From NCBI GenBank assembly GCA_049966395.1, contig JBMFUT010000016.1, forward strand, positions 1 through 15,747: 15,747 bases of DNA, read 5' to 3'. The DNA comes from Candidatus Micrarchaeia archaeon (GTDB lineage Archaea > Micrarchaeota > Micrarchaeia > Micrarchaeales > CABMGC01). Every line of letters starts with the position of its first letter. Within the stretch, counting starts at the first letter, position 1. The translations under genes were made by a program, and so were the position numbers. The notes under the pieces were generated by a model, which saw only the letters and a list, made by a program, of their open reading frames with translations, made no database searches and was not told the DNA's origin. Positions 6,861-14,667 of the stretch are shown piece after piece.

Positions 6861-8438
6861 ATGGATGATGAAGGAGTTGGGAGCAGGGGAGCAAGGACGC
6901 TTTACTCTTTAATAGTAGGCAAAATAACTGGAGTAGTTATAACGGCCGTGACTTTCATAGCAGTTGCAAGGCTCCTTGGGCCAAGCGGCTATGGAATCTA
7001 CACCCTTGCATTGGGATTTTCAGCTTTCATAGGCGCGGTGGGTCATTTCGGCATAGGCACATATTTCAACAAGCATCTTGCGGAGTTCATAGCAAAGGAC
7101 GACACCAATGGCATAGTAAGCGCGCTCAACAGCGGCTATTTCATACTTGCCGCAATAGGCATTGCGCTGTCAGCGATAGGTATAGCCTTCAGCGGGCTTG
7201 CAGTTGCACATTTCTTCAAAAGTTCTGGGGTTCACGCGCTTACGCTTGAAATAGCGTCGCTTACTATTCTTTTCTCGATGCTATACGGGGCAGCTTATTC
7301 TGCGCTCGTCGGGGTAAGCAGGGGCAAGCACGCGGCGCTTGCAGCAAATTTGGTTTACACTGTTCAGCTAATTGTAGGCGTAGGACTTATACTTTCTGGT
7401 TTTGGAGTCGACGGGGCAGTATTAGGTATACTAGCAGGATACATTGTTGGGGCTGCTATGACTGGCTACTACATTGTAATGGCACTGTCGCGGTATGTGA
7501 AGATTAGAATTTACATTCCGAGCAAGGCTGAGATTGGCAATGTCCTGAGGTTTTCGCTCCCCATAGCAGCTAACAACCTTTTGAATTCTGGCATAAGCAA
7601 CTTTGCCATAATGCTTCTTGGTGTTTATGCCACTGCATACCTGCTTGGAAACTACGGCATGGCGACAAAAGGGCTGAACCTTATGCTAGTGTTTTCGGGC
7701 ACTATGACGACGGTGCTCCTAGCGACTTTCTCCTCGGCGGTAGCGAAGACAAGAAGGGAAAGAATAGGCGCATTCTACAACAAGGCGCTGCTCTACTCGC
7801 TGCTGGCGACCCTGCCGCCGATAATATACATAGGCATCCTTTCAAAGCCGCTTGTTTTCATATTCATAACAAAGCAATATTCGCTTACGCCTCTATATGT
7901 TAGCCTAATGGCCCTAGGCACCGCAATAGGATTGCCTTGGTTATACTCCAGCAGCTTCATGGTTGCAAACGGCTATGTAAAGAAGGTCCTAAAGTATGCT
8001 GCGGTTTCTGTTGCAGTGCAGCTTGCCGTTCTTCTGCTGCTTGTGCAGAGATTTACAACCATTGGAGTTATAATAGCAATATTCTTTGTAGGCAACATTG
8101 TCAGCGACTTCCTCCTTGCCGAAGGGATAAAGAAAGTAATAGGCATAAAGTACGAAACTAAAAAGCTCTTCAAGGTCATGCTTACCGGAATTGTTGCAGC
8201 GGCATTTGTATCTGTTGCGCTGCTGGTGCACAATCTATGGGTGCAGCTTTTGATAGGCGCGGCGCTGCTCCTGGCAGCGTATCCCATCGCTCTCGTTGTC
8301 GTGGGAATTGTCAACGAAGCAATGATCTCAGACATAACGAGGATTTCCAAAGGACTGCCTGTGCTAGATAAATTTATCAATTTAGAAGTATCGTATATAT
8401 ACGCGCTCTCCAAATTTTTCAGGGTAAAAATAAGCTGA
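6861..8438 (+). CDS. MOP-superfamily (Wzx/RfbX-like) oligosaccharide flippase, paralog 1
   Basis: ARLLGPSGYGIYTLA motif, G.GV.GAV.G, L.FSLP, about 14 TM helices, 525 aa. Confidence 0.88.
   Translation: MDDEGVGSRGARTLYSLIVGKITGVVITAVTFIAVARLLGPSGYGIYTLALGFSAFIGAVGHFGIGTYFNKHLAEFIAKDDTNGIVSALNSGYFILAAIGIALSAIGIAFSGLAVAHFFKSSGVHALTLEIASLTILFSMLYGAAYSALVGVSRGKHAALAANLVYTVQLIVGVGLILSGFGVDGAVLGILAGYIVGAAMTGYYIVMALSRYVKIRIYIPSKAEIGNVLRFSLPIAANNLLNSGISNFAIMLLGVYATAYLLGNYGMATKGLNLMLVFSGTMTTVLLATFSSAVAKTRRERIGAFYNKALLYSLLATLPPIIYIGILSKPLVFIFITKQYSLTPLYVSLMALGTAIGLPWLYSSSFMVANGYVKKVLKYAAVSVAVQLAVLLLLVQRFTTIGVIIAIFFVGNIVSDFLLAEGIKKVIGIKYETKKLFKVMLTGIVAAAFVSVALLVHNLWVQLLIGAALLLAAYPIALVVVGIVNEAMISDITRISKGLPVLDKFINLEVSYIYALSKFFRVKIS
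6962..7009 (+). repeat. 48-bp exact direct repeat, copy 1 (copy 2 at 8565-8612)
   Basis: AGTTGCAAGGCTCCTTGGGCCAAGCGGCTATGGAATCTACACCCTTGC occurs identically in both flippase genes, offset 1603 bp. Confidence 0.95.
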
Positions 8439-8442
8439 TGGC

Positions 8443-10014
8443 GTGGCGTCAATAATAGAAAGCGTCAGTGCTACAGAACTTGGCGTGAGGAGCGCGAATG
8501 TTGCCTCGTTCGTGGTTTTCAGCAAGGTCTACTCTGTAATAGTAAGTGGAATAGCATTCATAATAGTTGCAAGGCTCCTTGGGCCAAGCGGCTATGGAAT
8601 CTACACCCTTGCGCTCGGCGCCGCCGGCGCTTTTGGGGCATTCGGATCGCTTAACATAGGTGCTTATTTCAACAAGCATCTGCCAGTGCTTGCCATACAG
8701 CGCAACAGCAGGGAGATCAACGAAGTCGTGAGCAGCGGGCTCATGCTGCTCATAGTAATAGGGCTGGCGCTTTCTTTGGTGGGCATAGCTTTCAGCAAAC
8801 CCATTGCGCTACGCATATTCCACAATTCCGAAAGCATCTTGCCTATAGAAATTGCAATGGTGAGCATAGTGTTATCAATGCTTTACGGCGCGGTATATGC
8901 CGGGCTAGTAAGTTTCGGGGCTGGAAAGAGGACCGCGCTCGCGTCTGTTGTAAACAATTCTCTTCAAGCCGCACTTAGCGTAGGGCTTGTTGTGCTCGGC
9001 TTCGGGGCCCTAGGAGCGGTGTCCGGATTCGTAATAGGACTTTTTGGGGCATCGCTGACAGGAGTCGCGATGCTTAGTAAGTACGCCAAATTCGAAATAA
9101 GCAAGAGCAGCATAAAGAAATTGTTTCCAGTGCTCTTCAAGTTCTCCTCTCCTCTTACCGGGGCAAACATAATAGGCAACCTTGTCAGCAACTTCGGCAT
9201 AATAATTCTTGGCGCGTTCTTCTTACCTGGCGTCATAGGAGCCTATGGTGTCGCGACTAAAATAGGCGCGTTCATGGATATAATAATAGGGTCTATAGGA
9301 ACAATCCTTGTGCCCATGTTCGCTTTGGCCATGGCAAAGAGCAGCATGAGGGGCAAACTGGAGAAATTTTACAACTATTCTCTGTACTTTGGGTTCCTTC
9401 TTGCGATGCCTGTTATAGCGTATGTTATTGCGCTTTCTGGCCAGATAGTTGCGACTATTTTCAGCTCGGGATATCACGCTGCTGCACTTTACATGTCACT
9501 TATAGGCGTCGGTCTCCTTATAGGCATAGTTGGCAGCTACAGTTCCGCGCTGCTTACAAGCATAGGCTATGTCAAGAAGGTATTTTACTACGCTGCCATA
9601 AGCGGAGCGCTGCAAGCCATAACGCTTGTGGCACTTTCTAAGGCAGTAGGACCGGTTGGGGTAATAATAGCGCTCTACTTCGTTGGTGGCATAGCCAACT
9701 GGCTGCTTTACGAGAATTTCATAAGAAGGCAACTGCGCATCGCCGTGCGCGCCAACATATTGAGGCTTGCGCTTGCCAACCTGACCCTTTTCTTTTTGAT
9801 ATATGCCTGTTCTATGGCCCTTGGAGGTTTAAGATATTCCTTCCAGCTCATAATAGGGCTTGTGGTGCTTTTGTTCGCTTATCCTGCCATAGTAGCTAAG
9901 TTCGGTGCAGTAAACGCCGAGCAGATGGCAATATTGGAAAAGCTGGGCAGGGGAGTGCCTATATTCGGGAAGTGGCTTGACGCAGTGGTGGCATACTTGA
10001 AAATTTTTGTATGA
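8443..10014 (+). CDS. MOP-superfamily (Wzx/RfbX-like) oligosaccharide flippase, paralog 2
   Basis: ARLLGPSGYGIYTLA, YFNKHL, LGFGALGAVSG, KFSSPL, GYVKKV..YAA shared with paralog 1. About 14 TM helices. GTG start 4 nt after the previous stop. Confidence 0.88.
   Translation: MASIIESVSATELGVRSANVASFVVFSKVYSVIVSGIAFIIVARLLGPSGYGIYTLALGAAGAFGAFGSLNIGAYFNKHLPVLAIQRNSREINEVVSSGLMLLIVIGLALSLVGIAFSKPIALRIFHNSESILPIEIAMVSIVLSMLYGAVYAGLVSFGAGKRTALASVVNNSLQAALSVGLVVLGFGALGAVSGFVIGLFGASLTGVAMLSKYAKFEISKSSIKKLFPVLFKFSSPLTGANIIGNLVSNFGIIILGAFFLPGVIGAYGVATKIGAFMDIIIGSIGTILVPMFALAMAKSSMRGKLEKFYNYSLYFGFLLAMPVIAYVIALSGQIVATIFSSGYHAAALYMSLIGVGLLIGIVGSYSSALLTSIGYVKKVFYYAAISGALQAITLVALSKAVGPVGVIIALYFVGGIANWLLYENFIRRQLRIAVRANILRLALANLTLFFLIYACSMALGGLRYSFQLIIGLVVLLFAYPAIVAKFGAVNAEQMAILEKLGRGVPIFGKWLDAVVAYLKIFV
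8565..8612 (+). repeat. 48-bp exact direct repeat, copy 2
   Basis: Identical to 6962-7009. Confidence 0.95.
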
Positions 10015-10023
10015 AGGGATTAT

Positions 10024-10746
10024 ATGGGAAAATTATCCAAAGAGAGCAGCTTTGATGATATAACTGCAGTAATACCTACGCTCAACGAGCGCGAAAATAT
10101 AGGCATACTTATACGCTACATAGAAGAGCATTATAAGTCGATGAGGATTATGGTCGTTGACGACGGCTCCAGTGATGGCACCAAGGATGTTGTGGCAAAA
10201 GCAGCCAAAAAATATAGAAATGTGATTTTCATAGACAGGAAGGCGATGCACATGCAAAAAGGGCTCACAGCCAGCATAGTCCACGGCATAACTTCAGCAA
10301 AAACCAGGTTTGTGATAGTAATGGATGCGGACATGCAGCACCCTCCTGAGATAATCGGAAAAATCGCCCAAAAATTGAGAGATTGCAATATTGTAGTGGC
10401 GACAAGAGCAAGCGTCAAAAACTGGGCTCTTTACAGGAAAATTATCTCTAAGAGCATGATATATTTAGGTTACGCAATTCTTGTGCTCAGAAATGCGGAG
10501 CGGTGCAGCGACATATTTTCCGGGTATTTCGGCGTTGACCGCAAGCTATTTGCCGAAGTATACGCTAGAAACAAGGAGCGCTTCGTTCCCTACGGCTACA
10601 AGGCGCTTTACGATTTCCTCAAATGCATCAAGCGCGGGCAAACCGGCATATGCGAGGTGCCCTATGACTTCAGGATAAGGGAAAAGGGTTCCTCGAAGGC
10701 CGGCATAAAGCAAGGAATTGCGCTGTTCAAATCGTTTTTCTCTTAG
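10024..10746 (+). CDS. GT2 glycosyltransferase, dolichol/polyprenol-phosphate mannosyltransferase (DPM1-like)
   Basis: VIPTLNERENI, VVDDGSSDGT, KGL..SI..G, VMDADMQHPPE, SD.FSGYF, GYK, EVPY.F..R..GSSK. No C-terminal GtrA membrane domain. Confidence 0.88.
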   Translation: MGKLSKESSFDDITAVIPTLNERENIGILIRYIEEHYKSMRIMVVDDGSSDGTKDVVAKAAKKYRNVIFIDRKAMHMQKGLTASIVHGITSAKTRFVIVMDADMQHPPEIIGKIAQKLRDCNIVVATRASVKNWALYRKIISKSMIYLGYAILVLRNAERCSDIFSGYFGVDRKLFAEVYARNKERFVPYGYKALYDFLKCIKRGQTGICEVPYDFRIREKGSSKAGIKQGIALFKSFFS

Positions 10747-12346
10747 AATGATCTTTGCTGGCAGAAACGAAACTGACGAAGAGTGGCGCCGGTGCCTCTA
10801 GTCGCGACTTGAGTTCAGGATGGGACTGCGTGGCGACGCCGAATTGGCCTTTCCACTCCATTATCTCCACTAGCTTGTTATCTGGCGTAACTCCGGATAT
10901 GAGCATCCCTTTCTTCTCAAAGAGTTTCCTGTAGCGGTTGTTGAACTCGTACCTGTGCCTGTGGCGCTCGTATATGAGCTCTTTGTGGTATGAGCTGAAG
11001 GCTATTGATTTCTTGTCGGTTATCTTGCAAGGCCAGGCGCCGAGCCTCATTGTGGCGCCCTTGTCCTTGATTTTTCTCTGCGAAGGTATTAGGTCTATAA
11101 CATTGTATTTTGTCTTTGCGAATTCTGTAGAGTGCGCGCCTTTCAGAGCGCACACGTTCCTGGCGAACTCCACCGCCATAAGTTGCATGCCAAGGCACAA
11201 ACCCAAGTATGGGATCCTGTTTGACCTTGCATATTCTATCGCTTTTATCTTGCCTTCTATCCCGCGCTTCCCAAAACCTCCGGGCACTATTATTCCGTCA
11301 ACGTCTCCAAGTATCTCGCCAGGCAATACGCCGCTCTTCTCGAGATCTGAAGATTCTACCCATTTTATGTCTATTCTGGTGTTGAGCGCTGCGCCCGAGT
11401 GGATAAGGGCTTCCTTGACGCTTGCATAAGAATCGCGCAGGTTAGTGTACTTTCCGACTATTGCTATCTTTACCCTGTCTTTTGGTTTCTTTATCCTATC
11501 GACTATGGCCTTCCACTTCTCCAGCTTGTCCTTGTTTATCTTCCTTTTTTCAAGATTAAGCTCGTCTATAAGCATCTTGTCGAATCCTTGAGATATGAAC
11601 CTAAGAGGCACTTCGTACAGCGTCTCTGCCGTGGAATCATCTATTATGCGCTCTTTGCCGATATTCATGAAGATAGAGAGCTTGGCCTTTGTTTTCTCTT
11701 CCAGAGGCTCATCAAGCCTGCATACCACGAAATTGGGCATTATGCCAAGCTGCATGAGCATCCTAAATGCATGCTGGGCCGGTTTAGTCTTCTGCTCGCC
11801 GACTACGTCTATTTTTGGTATGTAAGTCAGGTTTACAAAAACCACTTTCTCCTTAAGCGCCAGCTGCCTCATTGCTTCTATAAAGTAGTTGTTTTCTATG
11901 TCTCCGGCTGTGCCCCCGACTTCTATTACCAGCACGTCGAGCTTGTTTTTGTTTGCGACCTCCTTGACGTGGTCTATTATGTGATTAACAAGATGCGGGA
12001 CTATCTGCACGTCTTCGCCCAGGAAGTCGCCATGGCGCTCTTTTGCAAGTATGCCGCTGAATATCTTGCCGCCAGTCATTGAGAAATCTTTTGTGAGGTT
12101 TTTGTTTATGAAGCGCTCGTACATCCCGAAATCCATGTCTACTTCGCTTTTGTCGTCAAGCACGAAGACCTCCCCGTGCCTGTATGGATTCATGGTGCCG
12201 CAGTCGTAGTTCAGGTAGCCGTCGAATTTTAGAGGCATTATCCTGTAATCATAGAAATCGAGCATTTTCATTATTGAAGAAGTCACTATGCCCTTTCCGA
12301 GGCCGCTCATTATAGAGCCTATCACGACAACAAATTTAGGAGGCAT
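10727..12346 (-). CDS. pyrG: CTP synthase
   Basis: SGLGKG, YLN.D.GTMNP..HGEVFV, DMDFG.YERF, EVGGT.GDIE, EQKTKP.QH, GKY, PGGFG.RG, GLCLGMQ (Cys nucleophile), ERHRHRYE, QSHPE. Confidence 0.98.
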   Translation of the reverse strand: MPPKFVVVIGSIMSGLGKGIVTSSIMKMLDFYDYRIMPLKFDGYLNYDCGTMNPYRHGEVFVLDDKSEVDMDFGMYERFINKNLTKDFSMTGGKIFSGILAKERHGDFLGEDVQIVPHLVNHIIDHVKEVANKNKLDVLVIEVGGTAGDIENNYFIEAMRQLALKEKVVFVNLTYIPKIDVVGEQKTKPAQHAFRMLMQLGIMPNFVVCRLDEPLEEKTKAKLSIFMNIGKERIIDDSTAETLYEVPLRFISQGFDKMLIDELNLEKRKINKDKLEKWKAIVDRIKKPKDRVKIAIVGKYTNLRDSYASVKEALIHSGAALNTRIDIKWVESSDLEKSGVLPGEILGDVDGIIVPGGFGKRGIEGKIKAIEYARSNRIPYLGLCLGMQLMAVEFARNVCALKGAHSTEFAKTKYNVIDLIPSQRKIKDKGATMRLGAWPCKITDKKSIAFSSYHKELIYERHRHRYEFNNRYRKLFEKKGMLISGVTPDNKLVEIMEWKGQFGVATQSHPELKSRLEAPAPLFVSFVSASKDHSKRKTI

Positions 12347-12357
12347 GATGTATATGT

Positions 12358-12385
12358 GCAGGCAATTATTAAAAATCTTGCCCGC
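12358..12385 (-). promoter_or_regulatory. pyrG TATA box flanked by an 8-bp imperfect inverted repeat
   Basis: Minus strand GCGGGCAA-GATTTTTAATAA-TTGCCTGC. The TATA-like TTTTTAATAA ends about 21 nt before the ATG and there is no SD, suggesting a leaderless transcript. Confidence 0.5.
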
Positions 12386-12416
12386 TCTTATTTTTAGTAA
12401 ATTACATCCGGCAATC

Positions 12417-13265
12417 TTATATTTCCTTCAAAGAAAATGATCCGGCGGGAAGCTGTTGCATCAAATAATCTATATCGTCAAATTTGAATTTTCTGGCGAT
12501 TAACTTAGCCGCGTCAGATTTTTTAATTTCTCCAGGAGATATTTTTATGTATGTAAGAATATTGAGCCTTGAAACTGTCAGCGAAGGGGCTATGTTGATG
12601 CCTTTCGCGTCGACAGATATGCTGAGGCTTGGGACAAAGCTCACTAAGCTCTCGCTGGCGTTTATCTTGTTTTCCGATACGAATGCGCAAAGCTCGAGCT
12701 TGGATCCCTTGAACCATTCGCGTTCCCCTGATATCAGGAAGCTGCCTGCTGAAAGGGAGCCGTGCTCTTTGGACTTTGATACCTGGCTGCGCTTGGCAGC
12801 ATATACGTCAGCAGAAGAAAGACCCTGTTCCCACGCCCTAGAGTGGCATGCGGCAAATTGCGCTGCTTCTTCCTTCGCTTCCCTACTGGCAGATTCGCCA
12901 TTTTTCATTATTACTACTGAAGCCCCGAATATGTCGGCATGAAAAAACAGATCGCCAGCGTCGAAATACCTGGAGTTCAGCTGCTCGTTTTGCTGTGCAT
13001 CTCTGCCACCTATTACGAGCATGCCGTTGCTTGCTATGAACCAGTGAAACTTTTCATACCACTCCTTGCTGGAAATTTTCCTTATTGCTTTTGAAGACGG
13101 CTGCTGCTTCTCTTTGTCTTCGTACTCCTTCAGCTTCTGCTTGAGCTCGGCAATTGCAGCCTCTGCGCCAGACTTCTTCCGCCTTGCCTTTTTAGACATT
13201 GAAAAATAGTCCTGGGCGTTTTCTTGCGCAGATTTTGTTATGTCTATTCTGGCTTCCATGGTCAT
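12417..13265 (-). CDS. NFACT-family (Rqc2/RqcH/NEMF) protein containing only the second coiled-coil segment, NFACT-R and a C-terminal region
   Basis: IDITKSAQENAQDYF...K (M-loop/CC2), WYEKFHWF..S.G.LVIGGRDAQQNE, DLFFHADIFGAS, EAAQFAA..SRAW, QVSK, L..GSF.I.G.R. Only 282 aa. ATGA overlap with the secE stop. Confidence 0.88.
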   Translation of the reverse strand: MTMEARIDITKSAQENAQDYFSMSKKARRKKSGAEAAIAELKQKLKEYEDKEKQQPSSKAIRKISSKEWYEKFHWFIASNGMLVIGGRDAQQNEQLNSRYFDAGDLFFHADIFGASVVIMKNGESASREAKEEAAQFAACHSRAWEQGLSSADVYAAKRSQVSKSKEHGSLSAGSFLISGEREWFKGSKLELCAFVSENKINASESLVSFVPSLSISVDAKGINIAPSLTVSRLNILTYIKISPGEIKKSDAAKLIARKFKFDDIDYLMQQLPAGSFSLKEI

Positions 13266-13444
13266 ACTATGAAGTCTATAATAAGCGATATTATATAGCC
13301 TAGTATTCCTATTATCAGGATTCCGAAAAGCACTATCTTGAGCGTCCTCTTGAAAGTGGGCATGTCGGGCTTGTAGCTCACGCTTAGCACGTGCTTTGAA
13401 TCGGCATAGAACTGCTTTAACTTCTGTACAATGTCGAACTTCAT
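13262..13444 (-). CDS. secE: Protein translocase subunit SecE / Sec61-gamma (ATG 13444; ORF extends to TTG 13459)
   Basis: Amphipathic helix, then VL.VS.KP...F......V..G+.++G.+GY+I. About 60 aa, directly downstream of ftsZ. Confidence 0.9.
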   Translation of the reverse strand: MKFDIVQKLKQFYADSKHVLSVSYKPDMPTFKRTLKIVLFGILIIGILGYIISLIIDFIV

Positions 13445-13482
13445 AGAATCATTGCGCAAAGCAAGATATTATGGCAGCACAA

Positions 13483-13490
13483 TTTATAAA
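13483..13490 (-). promoter_or_regulatory. TATA box upstream of secE
   Basis: TTTATAAA preceded on the minus strand by purine-rich AAAAGGGA (BRE-like), immediately after the ftsZ stop. Confidence 0.55.
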
Positions 13491-13496
13491 TCCCTT

Positions 13497-14582
13497 TTAC
13501 TTGCGCGGCTCGTCATCAAAAATCTTGTCAAGATCAACTGACTTTGTTTCCTCAAGCTTGTTTTTTATTCCTGTTTCGGTGTAGTCGGCAAAGGTAACGC
13601 CTCCCATTACCACCATTATTTTGAGGCCGCTCTTCTGCATTGACGGGTCTATTCTCGCGCCCCACTTGAGCATCGCCTCATCGTTTATTCTGCTCGCGAC
13701 CTCCTGGAAGATCATTTCGGCCTCTCTCAATGTCAAGTCCTCGCCACCAATTATGTTGACAAGCGCCTTTTTAGCAGTAGAAAGATCCACGTCCAGCAGC
13801 GGGCTTTTGAGAGTGTTTTCTATGCCTATGAGGGCTCTGCTGTTAGATTGCGCTGCTATGGCTTCCCCGACTCCTATGACCGCGTAGCCTGAATCCTTGA
13901 GAACGCTCTTCAAATCGGCAAAATCCAGGTTTACCATTCCTGGCTTTGTCACCATTTCCACTATGCCCTTGGTAGCATTAGACAGCACTTCGTCGCTTAC
14001 CCTAAAAGCCATGTTTAGCGGGAGATCAGGAGCCACGGAAAGAAGTTTGTCATTTGGTATTATTATAGTAGTGTCGGTTGCGCGCTTGAGCTTCGAAAGA
14101 CCTTCGAGGGCATTTCTCATCCTGAGCCGCCCTTCTGTGGAAAAAGGTAGGGTTACTATTCCTACAGTGAGCGCACCAAGCGCCCTTGCTTCGTTTGCTA
14201 TCACAGGAGCTGCCCCGGTGCCAGTGCCTCCTCCCAGGCCGCATGTAACGAATACCAACTGGGCATCTCCGAGTATGTGCTTTACATCTGGAACTGACTC
14301 TATAGCTGCCTCCTCTCCAAGCCTTGGATCGCTTCCTGCTCCCAGACCTCTGGCGGACTTCTTTCCAAGCAGGATCTTCCTAGTAGCCTTTGTCTTTGCA
14401 AGATGCGGGGCATCGGTGTTTGCAGCAACGAGAGTTGCGCCTTCTATGTTGAGTTCAGCCATTCTAGATACCGTATTTGAACCGCTCCCGCCTACACCTA
14501 CAATATATATCTTTGGCTTTGCTGATTCTATAAATCGAAGAAGTTCTTCGTCATCAGGAGATACGAAACCATTCTCTACCAT
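13497..14582 (-). CDS. ftsZ: Cell division protein FtsZ (probably FtsZ1 type, from secE linkage)
   Basis: VGVGGSGSN, NTD, GLGAG..P..G, tubulin signature GLGGGTGTG, PF..EG..R, IPNDKL, T7 loop GMVNLDFAD. Confidence 0.97.
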   Translation of the reverse strand: MVENGFVSPDDEELLRFIESAKPKIYIVGVGGSGSNTVSRMAELNIEGATLVAANTDAPHLAKTKATRKILLGKKSARGLGAGSDPRLGEEAAIESVPDVKHILGDAQLVFVTCGLGGGTGTGAAPVIANEARALGALTVGIVTLPFSTEGRLRMRNALEGLSKLKRATDTTIIIPNDKLLSVAPDLPLNMAFRVSDEVLSNATKGIVEMVTKPGMVNLDFADLKSVLKDSGYAVIGVGEAIAAQSNSRALIGIENTLKSPLLDVDLSTAKKALVNIIGGEDLTLREAEMIFQEVASRINDEAMLKWGARIDPSMQKSGLKIMVVMGGVTFADYTETGIKNKLEETKSVDLDKIFDDEPRK

Positions 14583-14616
14583 AATATTACCCAGTCGCCT
14601 TCAAGATATTTGTAGA

Positions 14617-14640
14617 TAAAAAAACATATAAAGTTATTTA
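14617..14640. promoter_or_regulatory. Divergent ftsZ/dys promoter (overlapping TATA elements)
   Basis: Plus strand A-run then CATATAAA (14625-14632). The same bases read TTTATAT on the minus strand. Centre of an 85-bp divergent intergenic region. Confidence 0.5.
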
Positions 14641-14667
14641 TGCCAAGAAGATTGTCATATTATCGAC

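Noticed and set aside
6962..8612. 48-bp repeat considered as a CRISPR repeat, att site or DGR template/variable repeat
   Set aside because: Only two copies, both in-frame at the homologous position of paralogs. No spacers, integrase, reverse transcriptase or adenine-specific mismatches.
11399..12082. 227-aa + strand ORF within pyrG
   Set aside because: Antisense shadow with no motif or start signal.
13897..14619. 240-aa + strand ORF within ftsZ
   Set aside because: Codon-aligned antisense mirror of ftsZ, with no independent evidence.
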